Notes under the pieces: generated by a model
What the model saw: only the letters and a program-made list of their open reading frames with translations
Databases searched by the model: none
Told to the model about the DNA's origin: nothing
NCBI RefSeq assembly: GCF_011386835.1
Contig: NC_088800.1
Coordinates: forward strand, 39,866,001-39,930,000
Length of the DNA: 64,000 nucleotides
Reading direction: 5' to 3'
DNA from: Chrysemys picta bellii
Lineage: Eukaryota
Translations under genes and position numbers: made by a program
Shown: positions 51,067 through 63,047 of the stretch, piece by piece
How the letters are laid out: every line of letters begins with the position of its first letter
How positions within the stretch are numbered: the first letter of the stretch is position 1

Positions 51067-51158
51067 AGTTCCTTACAGAGGTAGGGGGATAATTGCCAAG
51101 GTAGCCTGGGATGGGTGGGGGAGGAGGGATGGAAAAGGACACACTGCATTTTAAAACT

Positions 51159-52749
51159 TTAACTCTTATTGAAGGCCAGCCTTCTGATGCTTGGGCGATC
51201 ATCTGGGGTGGAGTGACTGGGTGGACGGAGGCCCCCCCACCGTGTTCTTGGGCGTCTTGGTGAGGAGGCTATGGAACTTGGGGAGGAGGGCTGTTGGTTA
51301 CACAGGGGCTGTAGCGGCGGTCTCTGCTCCTGCTGCCTTTCCTGCAACTCAACCATACGCTCGAGCATATCAGTTTGATGCTCCAGCAGACGGAGCATTG
51401 CCTCTTGCCGTCTGTCTGCAAGCTGGCGCCACCTATCGTCTTCAGCCCGCCACTTGCTCTGTTCTTCCCGCGATTCAGCCCGCCACCTCTCCTCTCGTTC
51501 ATATTGGGCTTTTCTCATCTCCGACATTGACTGCCTCCACGCATTCTGCTGTGCTCTATCAGCCTGGGCGGACATCTGCAGCTCCGTGAACATCTCGTCC
51601 CTCGTCTTACGTTTTCTCTTTCTAATGTTCACGAGCCTCTGCGAAGGAGAAACATTTGCAGCTGGCGGAGGAGAAGGGAGAGGTGGTTAAAAAAGACACA
51701 TTTTAGGGAACAATGGGTACACTCTTTCATTACAAGGTCGCATATTTCGGCTTGCAGGCAGCCATCGTAGGCCACAGTGTTTTGGCTTTTTTAACCTTCT
51801 TAACATGCGGGAAAGGTTGCAAACAGCAGCGCATTTCCCATATCAAGGATGAATTGGGTTGTCCATTTAAAATGGGGTTTCAATGTAAAAGGAGGGGGCT
51901 GCGGTTTCCCGGTTAATATGCGGCACAAACACAAGTAAACCACCCCCCCCCACACACACACACACGATTCTCTGGGATGATCACTTCACCCCTCCCCCCA
52001 CCGCGTGGTTAACAGTGGGGAACATTTCTGGTCAGAAGAGCAGGAACGGGCGCCTCTGAATGTCCCCCTTAATAAAATCACCCCATTTCAACTAGGAGAG
52101 CTTTCTGGAGATGTCCCTGGAGGATTTCCGCTCCATCCCCATACACGTTAACAGACTTGCTTGCTTTTTTTTTGTAATGTTTACAAATATTTACAAAGTT
52201 ACACTCACCAGAGGTCTCCTGTGTGCCCTGAGGGTCTTGGGTGAGTTCGGGGGTTACTGGTTCCAGGTCCAGGGTCACAAACATATCCTGGCTGTTGGGG
52301 AAACCGGTTTCTCCGCTTCCTTGCTGCTGTGAGCAACCTACAGTACCTCCATCGTCATCTTCCTCGTTCCCCGAACCGTCTTCCCTGTGTGTTTCTCCAG
52401 TGAGAGAGTCATAGCACACGGTTGGGGTAGTGGTGGCTGCACCCCCTAGGATCGCATGCAGCTCCGTGTAGTAGCGGCAAGTTTGCGGCTCTGCCCCGGA
52501 CCTTCCGTTTGCTTCTCTGGCTTTGTGGTAAGCTTGCCGTAGCTCCTTAATTTTCACGCGGCACTGCTGTGTGTCCCTGTTATGGCCTCGGTCCTTCATG
52601 GCCTTGGAGATCTTTTCTAATACTTTTCCATTTCTTTTACTGCTACGGAGTTCAGCTATCACTGCTTCATCTCCCCATATGGCGAGCAGATCTCGTACCT
52701 CCCGTTCGGTCCATGCTGGAGCTCTTTTGCGATCCTGGGAGGACTCCAT
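51159..52749 (-). CDS. Harbinger Myb/SANT-like (trihelix) DNA-binding protein, two exons join(52749-52209, 51661-51159), 347 aa
   Basis: MESSQDRKRAPAWTEREVRDLLAIWG...CRVKIKELRQAY Myb/SANT-like domain. Donor CTG|gtgagt at 52209/52208 and acceptor ccgccag|CT at 51662/51661. Splicing keeps the frame into the RKRKRK (NLS-like) and coiled-coil C-terminus. Confidence 0.82.
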
Positions 52750-53144
52750 CACGGTTACCTGTGCTGATGAGCTCTGCGGGGTCACCTGTGCTCTCCACGC
52801 TGGGCAAACAGGAAATGAAATTCAAACCTTCGCGGGTCTTTTCCTGTCTACCTGGTCAGTGCATCTGAGTTGAGAGCGCTGTCCAGAGCGGTCACAATGA
52901 AGCACTGTGGGATAGCTCCCGGAGGCCAATAACATCGAATTCCGTCCACACTACCCCAATTCCGACCCGCAAAGGCCGGTTTTATCGCTAATCCCCTCGT
53001 CGGAGGTGGTGTAAAGAAACCGGTTTAAAGGGCCCTTTAAGTCGAAAGAAAGGGCTTCGTTGTGTGGACGTGTCCAGGCTTAATTCGGTTTAACGCTGCT
53101 AAAGTCGACCTAAACCCGTAGTGTAGACCAGGCCATACAGGACC

Positions 53145-54960
53145 TGCATAGATGTAATATACTTTTGTAAGGCTTTGATTTAGCACTGCATGACAGTGAT
53201 TAAAAAACTAGCTCTGTACATCTTCCAGCTACTAGATGGTGTTATACCTTTCTCTACTAGATTGAAGAGCCTATTATTAAACATTTGTTCCCCATGTAGG
53301 TACTTATAGACTGTGATCAAGTCAACCCTTAACCTTCCCTTTGTTATGCTAAATAGATTGACCTCTTAGAGTCTATCATTATCACACAGGTTTTCCAATC
53401 CTTTAATCATTCTCGTGGCTCTTCTCTGAACCTTCCCCATTTTATCAACATCCTTCTTGAATTGTGGACACCAGAACTGGACCCAGGATTCCAGAAGGGG
53501 TGACTTGAATACAGTCTAGAAGTACCTACATGGGAAACAAACATTTATTAATGGGCTTTTCAGTCTAGCACAGAAAGGTCTAATACAATCCAGTAGCCGG
53601 AAGTTGAAGCTAGACAAATTCAGACTAGAAATAGGGTGTAATTTTTTAACAGTGAGAGTCATTAACCATTGGAAGAATTTGGTCAAGGTTGTGGTGGATT
53701 CTCCATCACTGACATTTTTTAATATCAAGATTGTTTATTAAAAGACCCACTCTGCTCTAGGAACTATGATGGGGCAGGTCTCTGGCCTGTGCTATACAGG
53801 AGGTCAGACTAGATGATCACAGGGGTCCCTTCTGGCCTTGAAATCTCTGAACATCAATAAAGTACACATTAAATGGACTAAAAACCGGCTAACTGATGGA
53901 TCTTAATGGGAAATCATCCTCGAATAGGGGTGTTTCTAGTAGGGTTGTGCAGGGATTGGTTTTAGGTCTGACACTAGTCAATATTTTTATCAGTGATCTG
54001 GAAGTAAATATAAAATCACTGCTGGTAAAATGTGCGAATGACCCAAAGGTGGACGGAATGGTAAATAGTGATGAGGACAGGGCAGTCACTGGATCGCTTG
54101 GTAAACTGGGCACATTCAAATAAGATGCATTTTAATACAGCCAAAGGCAAGATTGTATGTCTAGGAACAAATAACATAAGTCATATGTACAGTAGAGAGG
54201 ACTGTATCCTGGAAAACAATCTCTCTGAGAAGGATTGAGGGGTCGGCGTGAACAAATAGCTCAACATGAGTCTCCAGTGCGATGCTGTGACACAAAAGGC
54301 TAAGGTGATCCTGGGATGTATACCTGAGAGAAGAGAGGTGATTTTACCTCTGTCTATGGCATTGGTGAGACGAACACTGAATGCTGTTCTGGTGTCCACA
54401 TTTTTAAAAGGATGTTAAATTATAGGCCAGGGTGCAGCAGAGAGCAACAGACATGATATGAGGACTGGAGAAAATGTCTTGCAAGGAGAGACTTATGGAG
54501 CTCAATCTATTTAGCTTTTCAAAATGAAGATCAAGAGGTGACTTGATCATGATGTACAAGGACCTTTTCAGCAGGAGAAAATACCAGGTCCTAAAGGCCT
54601 CTTTAATTTATGGAGAAAGGCAAAACAGGACCCAGACTTTAAAGCCAGACACATTCAAATTACTAGTAAAACATACATATTTAATAGTGGTGGTGATTAT
54701 TATTGGTTGTATTCCTGGAGCACCTAGGAGACCTAGTCATGGACCATTGGAACAAACTACCAAAGAACGATGGATTCTCCATCTCTTGAGGTCTTCGGAT
54801 CAAGCCTGGAAGCCTTTCTGGAAGAGATGCTTTAGTCAAACACAAATGATGGGGCTCACTGCAGGCATAGCTTGGAGGGAGTTCTCTGGCCTGTGGTATG
54901 CAGGCGCGCAGACGAAACAATCTAATGGCCCCTTCTGGCCTTAAACAGCAATGATTCTAT
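53145..54960. mobile_element. Stack of CR1 fragments (minus ~53235-53497; plus ~53510-53850; plus ~53880-54960)
   Basis: CR1 RT remnants (SRVVQGLVLGLTLVNIFISDL..., KCANDPK) and repeated CR1 3' ends (gatgatc...ggtcccttctggcctt). Confidence 0.8.
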
Positions 54961-55229
54961 TAAACCTGGCTAACAATCATCTCAGCAAGGGCGCTGCAAG
55001 GTTCCATCAACGGGTCACCTGCTCTGTCTCCCACCACTGCCGCTGAAATTCTAGGGTCTTATGCTGTGCCTACCACTGTGGTGTCTGGGCGTGGCCTGGC
55101 TCATTGTCCCACAGCATAACGAATGATACTTTACTTGCCCAGCTGAGCAGTGCTGAGCACTTTATAAATATTAAGCTTCACCCAGTCCCTGCTAGGTAGA
55201 TAGATGGATGGGCTAGTGGCTAGCATGCT

Positions 55230-55640
55230 GAGATTAGGACTCAGGAGTCCTGGGTTCAGTTCCTAATTGAGACCCTTTAATCTCCGTGGGCCTCCCCATC
55301 CATAAAATATGGATTTTGCTTCTTCATCTTATGGGGGTGTTGGGAGGATAAAATCCATTAACAACTACAAGGTGCTCAGATGTTACAATAGTTAGGGCCA
55401 TATAAGAGCCTAGAGAGAGAAGCAAGTTCTGTTATCTGCTGCTTATCCCTTTGAAGCATCTGGCATTGGCCACTGTTGGAAGACAGGATCCTGGACTAGA
55501 TGAACCGTTGGTCTGACCCAGGATGGCCATTCTTATGTATAGTTTGGGAAACTGAGGCAGAGGGAGGTTAAGGTCCCTTGGGCCCATGGCAGGGGTCAGA
55601 GTAGGAGACAGAGCTGACATCTTCACAGTCCTGTGCTCTA
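55230..55640. mobile_element. CORE-SINE (MIR-like) remnants flanking a CR1 3' end (~55445-55520)
   Basis: gactcaggagtcctgggttc..., the reverse-complement core gggaaactgaggcagagggaggttaagg, and the CR1 tail gaagcatctggcattggccactgttggaagacagg. Confidence 0.55.
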
Positions 55641-56485
55641 GTTGCTAGGCTGCAATTCCTCCGTCAGAAGACAAGGCCGTTTCCATCTCTGGCGTGCCCT
55701 TGGCATTAGTCAGAGGAAGATTGCCGAACACGATGCCAGATTACGCCCAAGCTGTTTGTTTGTTTGCTCCCATTTTAATTGTGTTGTGTCTAATTAGGGT
55801 CTGAATCAAGGAGGGAGGTATGTGTTTGATTGCGGCTTCCTTGAGATTTACTCCGGATATTGTCTTTTTGTGTGCTGTTCTGGCTAAGTGTTTTTTAATG
55901 ATATAGGAGCCTCAATATCTAATAGGTGTATTAACGCCTTGGAGTCTAACACAGGAGTTCTCAGGACAAAATTTTTGGTGGCCTCAGAATGCGGCCACCA
56001 ACTCTTGCTGGTGGCTGCTCTCACACTTTTTCCTAAAATACTTAATTAGCTTTAGGAAAACCAAATAAATATGCACATATACATATACACATCCACATCA
56101 TTGTAATTTATTTATTGCTAGCTAGTAAGTCTGTTGTGAAAAGTGATATTAACAAATATACAAGTATCCCTTTTCACAGCAGACTTACTCAGCACTAGCA
56201 AGCCTGGGGCTAAATTAAGCCCTGGATGGAGGGTCGGGGGAGACAGTGAGGGCCAGGGGAGATGGGGTTTAGGGGCTGGAGGAGGTAGCGGGGGGCTGGA
56301 ACCTGAAGCCCTGCTGCCAGAGCCTGAAGCCTCGCGGCTGGAGGATGGGGCCCAGGGACGGAGCCTGAAGCCATGTGGCCTGGGGCCTGTCATCGTTCAG
56401 CCAGAGCCCAGGGGTGGAGCCCAAAGGCCCATGTCCAGAGTCTGCTGCCCCACCACCCCTGAGAAGGGGGGGGGGACTCACTGGC

Positions 56486-58558
56486 TGTTGTCCCCTTGCT
56501 AAAACTCAGTTGGGTTTTTTGGTTGGCTAGCTCCCAGTACCAAAAGAAAGGGGATGGGTCAATGGGAAATCAGGACCCTGAGACTGACAGTCTCCAGGAA
56601 CAGTGGGGAGAGACCAATGCTCCAGGATAGCCTGATTGACAGGGCAGGCAGGCTAATCAGGGAGTCAGCAGACCGGGGGGGTCCTGTCCTCCGTGTGAGC
56701 TGGAATTGCCTGGGTCAGAGAGAGTGGGGCCGAGCTAAGGAGAAAGCAGGGGCCTGAGCTGAGCTGGGGAACAGAGCCGTGCCAGATCCAGAGGGGCCAG
56801 AAAAGCAACCCAGGAATAGGGTGACCAGATGACAAAACTGAAATATCAGGGGGGCCGGCGGAAGAAAAAAAAAAAAAGCAGCCGGAGCGCCCCCGCCCCA
56901 CCCCAGCTTGCCTCGTCTCCACCTCCCCCTGTAGGGGAAGGTGCCCAGCTGGTGCAATCCCGCGGGCGGCCCCAGAGTGGGGGCAGCAGGCCCCAGTCCC
57001 CCAGTCCCGCTCAGGTCCCGCAGGGGAACGAACGGGGCTGCCGCTGCCTCCACGTGGCAGGAGGTGAAGCCCCGTCGGAGTCCCTGCGCGGGCAGCTGCT
57101 GCCCCCCCACCCCACACATGGGTGCGTACAGGGAGCCGGTTCCCCAGGCCGGACCCGGGGCTGCCCCTGCAGGTACCGCCCCGCCCTCCTGCCTGCCCTC
57201 GGGGCCAGGCCGGACTCACTCACCCCGCGATCCCCTGCATCCCCCGGGCCTCCCTCCAGCGCTTGCGCTGCCATACAGCTGATCGGCGCAAGCCTGGGAG
57301 GGAGGAGGAATGGCGTGCTTGGGGAAGAGGCGGGGATTTGGGGAGGGATCCAATGGGGCAGTGAGGGGGCGGGGCTGGGGGCAGGGCCAGGGCGGGGATT
57401 TTGGGAGGGATCCAATGGGGGAAGGAGGGGGTGGAGTCGGGGCAGGGGGGACGCGAGCCCCTCCGGGCTCCGCCTGTGCGAGGGAGCGGACGGCAAAATT
57501 GCTTGTTTGTCCCGTGTCCCGACCGAATATCGGTCGGGACATCGGTCGGGACATGGGACAAACAAGCAAATATTGGGACAGTCCCCATAAAATTGGAACG
57601 TCTGGTCACCCTACCCAGGAAGCAGATCAGTGCTGGGAGCAGAGTCACAGAAGCAGCCACAGAGCAGACCTGTCCTGGGGGCAGAGCTGTAGCAACCAGA
57701 GCCAGAGGGGCTGGAGAAGCAGCCCAGGGGGCTGGAGGCAGAGAAGCAGCAGTGCTGAGGCAGAGTGGAGCTGGAGCTGGAGCTGGAGCTGGAGCTGGGG
57801 CTGGGGCTGGGGCTGGAGCAGTCCGGAGCTGGGTGCGGTGAGCAGCAGGGAAGCACGAGGGGCACCTTGGGCAGTGGGCCCACCACAGGGAGACACCCCC
57901 AGCCAAGAGGCCCTGCAGGCCAGACTTGGAGGGGGATCGTAACCCCAATGGGGTGGGGGCGATGCTGGGAAGAAGGGTCCTGCCACCTAGAGCCTGAGAG
58001 CTTGTGGCCACCGCCAGAGCAGGTGTCCGACCTACAGCATCCCTGCAGCACAGCCAGGGCCTGAGAAGGAGGCCTGGGACTGGTGAGGAACAGACTGTGA
58101 ACTGCCCTGACATTCCAGCCAGGGCTGGTTGTGATGTCCCCGTGCCACAGAGTGGGGTGATGGGTTTTCCTTTCACCTTTCCCATTCTTTCCTTATTTTT
58201 TTTAATTGATTGCTGTTTTATAAATTGTATTTGCTTTGAACTGTATGTAATGATCAGTGGGTCAAGGAAGCATCCAGTGCAGAGAGAGCACCCCAGAGTG
58301 GGGACACCCTAGCCCCAGCCCTAAGTGACCATGACAAGGTTGGGGGTCGAGCCCCCCAGGACTCCTGGGCCCAGCCTTGTTTGGGTTACAAGGACTCTGC
58401 CACACAGGAGAGTGGAAGGGGAGCCCCCGAGGTCAGGCAGGCCTCTGGGTAAAGGGACTGGAAGCGAGGACTCAGATCCTTTCGCTAGCCCATTTCATCG
58501 GGGTAGTGTATAAGCCAGGAAAGTTCCCCACAATAGTGGGACCATTCCCCTGCTTACA
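56486..58558 (+). mobile_element. Solo LTR, same family as 12782-14087, 5' terminal ~11 nt missing
   Basis: Colinear with 12782-14087 along its length and ends in ccattcccctgcttaca. Confidence 0.85.
56817..57613. mobile_element. hAT MITE (tagggtgaccaga family), 797 bp, nested in the LTR
   Basis: TIRs tagggtgaccagat / gtctggtcacccta, with perfect 8-bp TSD cccaggaa. Confidence 0.9.
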
Positions 58559-58819
58559 TACAGTGTTGTGCCCCAGGTGACTCCAGAGCGGGGCAGGGCC
58601 CAACCCCTGCTGCTGGCTCCAGCAACCAACACGAAGGCAGTGCATCCAGGAGCAACAGTGAGGGGGATGGGGCGCTATTTTGCCCTCCCCCACCCCATCA
58701 CAGCACAGGAGGCTGTGGCTGCAAGAAAAGCCCCTGGTGGCCTCATGCGGCCACGGTGGCTGCATTTGAGAAACGCTGGTCTAGCATGTGTGTGTCTTGG
58801 TTTGCCACTCCTCATTCAT

Positions 58820-58980
58820 CCGTCTGTCTCCTGTTGTCTATCATATCTGTCATCACCTGTCTATCAAACCTTTATCTGTCTGTCATTAATCCATCCATCT
58901 GCCGTCCATCATCTCTCTGTTGTCATCCATCTGTCTGTCCTTGGTCTGGTTTTCTGGTGTCATCCGTCCATCAATCAGTC
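58820..58980. repeat. Degenerate (TCCA/TCTG/TCTA)n simple repeat
   Basis: Direct inspection. Confidence 0.75.
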
Positions 58981-61239
58981 TGAGCTAGAGTACTTTTGAT
59001 CATTCACCCAGATGGCAGGCTGTGTTTGAAGGGTCAATACCAGCTACATGAATAATACTAAGACATTCGAAAAATCACCCTCCGCCCATGGAGTCAAAGA
59101 GACCATAAACAATCATTGACATGACAGTGCATGAGAGGAACAGAAGACAGGAAAAGAGAAGCAGCATCCGCAATTATCCACGAACGCCCTTTATTAACTT
59201 CTTGAGCCACAGACAAAAGGAGTGCTTCTAATAAGATCCTAGACAAAATGTAAAACAGTTTGACTAGAAAAACCAGCTCGCTCCTGGCCTAACAAAAGAA
59301 ACAAAGCCCAGGTTGCTTTAACCAGATTGCTTACACAGTCTTCCCTCCCCTCCCCCCTCCCCCCCCCCACGCGCCTAGGTTGCTTGTGAGTTTTATTTAT
59401 TTTAGGGAGGAATTTATGTTAATAACCCTGCAGAACACATTAGTTCTGCCATCTTGGCTAAACACCAGTGTGTGTGATTAGATTTTGCCTACCTAAAATT
59501 CCTCCCATTTCAGTTGGCTACAGTACTGTTCATGGCCTGGCCTAAACTTCTGTGCTACTGGTCAGCTGCCATATCTTACTCCAAAGGTGCCTGCATTTCA
59601 ATGGCGTGCAAAGTGATTCCTCAACATTAGCACTCGTCTGTTATGTATACGGAGGCTGCTCTAAGTTGTGCTAGGGGCCGAACTGGTCCCAGAATTACAG
59701 GCAATAGTGGAAAGGTGGCCAACAACCACTTGCGCTTCTTGCCCTCACACAGAAGTCAGGTTCTGCACCAAGCACAGATCATCTGCATCTCGAGACAGCC
59801 TAATATAAGCTCCATGGCTCAGATCCTCAAAGGTATTAAGGTACCTAACTCCTGTGTGAATCAATGGGTGTTAGGCACCTAAATACCTTTGGTGTATCCG
59901 GGCCCATCTGATAATATAAAAATTGAGAATTAACAGCCAGATTCTGGTCTCCCCTCCACTGTTGTAAATCTGGATTAAAGTCCCAGTTTAAATACAGCCC
60001 TATTTGTCCAGGCCAGCTTCTGATCTCAGTTACTCTGGTGTAAATCCGCAGTAACTCGTATTGATTTCAGTAGAGTCCTTGTCGCTAGTGTAAATAACGG
60101 CAGAATCTCTCCCTAGTTGTCTAGACAAGGAGGCTGGATGGAGGCTGGAATAACTAAGGTGGCCTTTTGACAGTGCTCGTTCACCTCCTTTTGTCAGTGC
60201 CGGCTGTGTTGCTGCTATATTCTGCTCTAGCGCCTCCTCCAGGCCACCTGCCTCTGGCCTCAAGTCTTCTGTGGCTCAGCCCTCCAGCCAAGTCACCTAA
60301 TTTCAGACCCCTTCCTGGGTATCATGAACAAGTGCAAACAAAACTGCATAATTCTTCTGCCCCCTTGGGCTACTGAAGTCTTCTCTGCTTACAAACCCTA
60401 TCTCTGGGCTCTCTCCCACAGGAGCCTGCTCTGCTCATTGTGAGTCTCCCTCTGTGGGAGATTCCCACTTTCTTTTCAGTCTCTCCCTAGATCTTGCCCC
60501 CGCTTTTCCAGGGCCCACCTGACCCTGTGGCCTTCCTTAGTCTGCCTGCCCCAGGCCCACGTGAGGCCAGGAACTCCCTACCTCCTCTCTCTAGGGTCTT
60601 CTCTCCATCCCTGAGTTCCCTCAGTCTACTTACAAGGCCAGGAGGCAATTAGTTAATCAGCCACCCCACAGGTGTGGCATGTGACTAATTGGGGTTTTAT
60701 CCCTTACCTTGCAGGTGTTGGGGACTAAGCCCCATCCCAGGCCCCTTGGTGCAGAACATTCCCCTTGTGTCAGTATCTGTGTCACTTACGGGAATGGCCA
60801 GTAGACATTCCTGTCTCAACACACACTAGCTGACCTCCCATAAGGTGAGCATTGCTGTGAGGAGGGATTACTGGGCTGGACTGTTCTGAACTCTAGGGTA
60901 TAACTCTGTGACCCTGACCTGTGACATAAATCCCTGGGACCACAGAGGCTGTTATTTCCTCTGTGGGGAAGACATGGAAGTGACTTGTTCCATTAGGAGC
61001 CTGCACATCATTTCCCACAGGGGAGCCAGATCATGACTCAGGATCTCATTACTCACTGAAACCCTGGCTTATTTCCCAGTTGTTTGGTGAAATTCACAGA
61101 TAAGGTCTCAGACTTTGGAGCTAGATCCAGCCTCCATGAGGACAGGCCTTTTGTGCCTCATATTTCACAGCTCCAGTTATAAAGAAGACATGCTGCATGG
61201 GTGACCAATCATTTATATATTCCAGATACACATCTGGCC

Positions 61240-62598
61240 ATCTTTCGCCTGATGGGGAGAACGGAACCTTGCCAGCTGCCTGGAAGGATGGTATTGTGAT
61301 CTTACTTTATAAGGGCAAGGCCAATCACCTTGTGGTCCATGGCAGGGAAGATGTTTGAGCATGTTCTGCTGGTGCATTTGGAGCCTCTGCTACATCAGAA
61401 ACATCACCCCCATCAGTCAGATTTTATGAGGAACACAACCACATTAGACGCCATTTTGGCCCTCTGCTTGTTGTTGGAGATACATTGCGAGTTCAAGAAG
61501 CCCCTGCACATGGTGTCAGTTGATTTTAAGGCTGTGTTTGATTCAGTTGACTGAGTCGCTTTATGGACGGCCTTAAAGGGCGTACATGTCCCAATCACTC
61601 TTCTGGACTTGATTAGTGAGCTGCACAGAACCACTGCCCATGGACATCTTGGGAATGGGAGGTTGGCACCTTTTAAATCAGTATCTGGGGTCAGGCAGGG
61701 CTGTGTCTTGGCCCCTGTGCTCTTTTGTCAGGCAGTGGATTTCGTAATGCAGCATTCTGTCAGGTCAATAGACATTCAGATCAGTGATCTCTCGCTCTCA
61801 GACCTAGTCTACGCTGATGACATTGTTCTCCTAGTACAGAGCCCAGACAGGTTTCACGAGGCACTCCAGCAAATGGAGGAGGAGTCAGCCAAGGTCGGTC
61901 ATGGTAACAGACAAAGCTGCAAAACCTAGGATCAGGTCCACCAGTGACTTCAATCTTTGAATAATGAAACTGTCAAAGCCTTTTCCAGCTTTTGCTATTT
62001 GGGTTCTATACTCACCAGTTCCTCAAACTCTCACCTGGAGGTTCTTCACCGGATTGGCATCACAGTGTCTGCCATGGGTTGTTTACAACAAATATGGAAC
62101 TAGCATCATCTCAGTACAACAACCATGTTCAGGATCTATTCGAGCTATATTCTCCCCGTACTGCTGTATGGCTGTGAAACATGGACACTATGTCGCTGAG
62201 ACCGGGCAAAGCCAGAGGCTTTCCACACCAAAAGCCAACGTTGTATATTGGGCATAAAGTGGAATGACTTCATTAGTAACACAGACGTTTACAGTCGCTC
62301 TGGTCTACAGACTATTGGGGCCATTGTCCGCAGATGGCATCTTAAATTTCAAACATGTCGCTAGAATGCCACAAGGCATTCCAGCAAACGCCATTCTCTG
62401 AGTGGCTTGTAACATCCGGGATAAAATTCCACCAATTGAGGGGTGGAGGCGGCCCAGAAGCAGATCCCCTATTGCGTGGGTGGATCAAGTCTGTTCCGAC
62501 ATTGGACTCTTGGCCCATCAAGCCCTTGCAGCTGCACAAGAATGGACAGAATGACTAACAATCGTTATGGCCAACGGTTCAACTAACTGTTGAAGAAG

Positions 62599-62600
<2 letters not shown>
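61240..62600 (+). mobile_element. Decayed RTE-clade LINE (RT domain and 3' end)
   Basis: Frameshifted RT motifs VDFKAVFDSVD, GVRQGCVLAPVLF and LVYADDIVLL; ends in tgaagaagaa followed by (CA)n. Confidence 0.75.
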
Positions 62601-62635
<35 letters not shown>

Positions 62636-62636
<1 letters not shown>

Positions 62637-62850
62637 TAGAAACATGCATGATCAACCATTTATATATCCCAGATATGCACGCACACACATGTAATCAAAA
62701 ACACTGGCGATAAACCCCTTATATATCCCAGGTACACATGCACACATGTGCACCACACGTCATCAGAAACATGGGTGATCATTTATATATCCCAGATATA
62801 CCCCCTCCTCCCCCCCCCCCCCCCACACACATGGTCAGAAACACTGGAAA
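62636..62850. repeat. Degenerate ~60-bp tandem repeat; one further unit at ~61185-61235
   Basis: Recurring tcagaaaca..gg.gat...catttatatatcccagata.cacac units. Confidence 0.6.
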
Positions 62851-63047
62851 AAAGAAACATTAGTTAGACTGTAAGGCCCAGCTGCTCAATGTATTTCACT
62901 TCAGTGGAAGATAGGAACCTAAATACCTTTCAGGATCTGGGCCTAAGCACTTTGGGGCCATCTTTTCATGATATGTGTGTACAGCACTTAGCATGGTGGG
63001 GTCCTGATCCCTCCTTGGGGCCCTAGGTGCTAGCGCAATGCAACTAA

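Larger units (their letters stand above)
47594..53134 (+). mobile_element. Full-length autonomous-type PIF/Harbinger transposon, 5541 bp
   Basis: TIRs gggtatgtctacactac / gtagtgtagaccaggcc (13/17), 3-bp TSD ATA on both sides, and two convergent intact genes (DDE transposase and Myb/SANT-like protein). Confidence 0.9.
55952..58778. mobile_element. Charlie-like hAT non-autonomous element (outer layer of a three-level nest)
   Basis: TIRs caggagttctca / tgagaaacgctg, with TSD gtctaaca / gtctagca (7/8, NTCTAGAN-like target). Confidence 0.75.

Noticed and set aside
56665-58185. Overlapping 180-320 aa ORFs, including WSWSWS/ELELEL/APAPAP runs
   Set aside because: GC-rich LTR and MITE sequence plus a (GGAGCT/GGGGCT)n microsatellite; not protein-like.
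60150-60720. Possible further solo LTR
   Set aside because: Composition resembles the other LTRs, but no TG..CA ends or TSD could be fixed.
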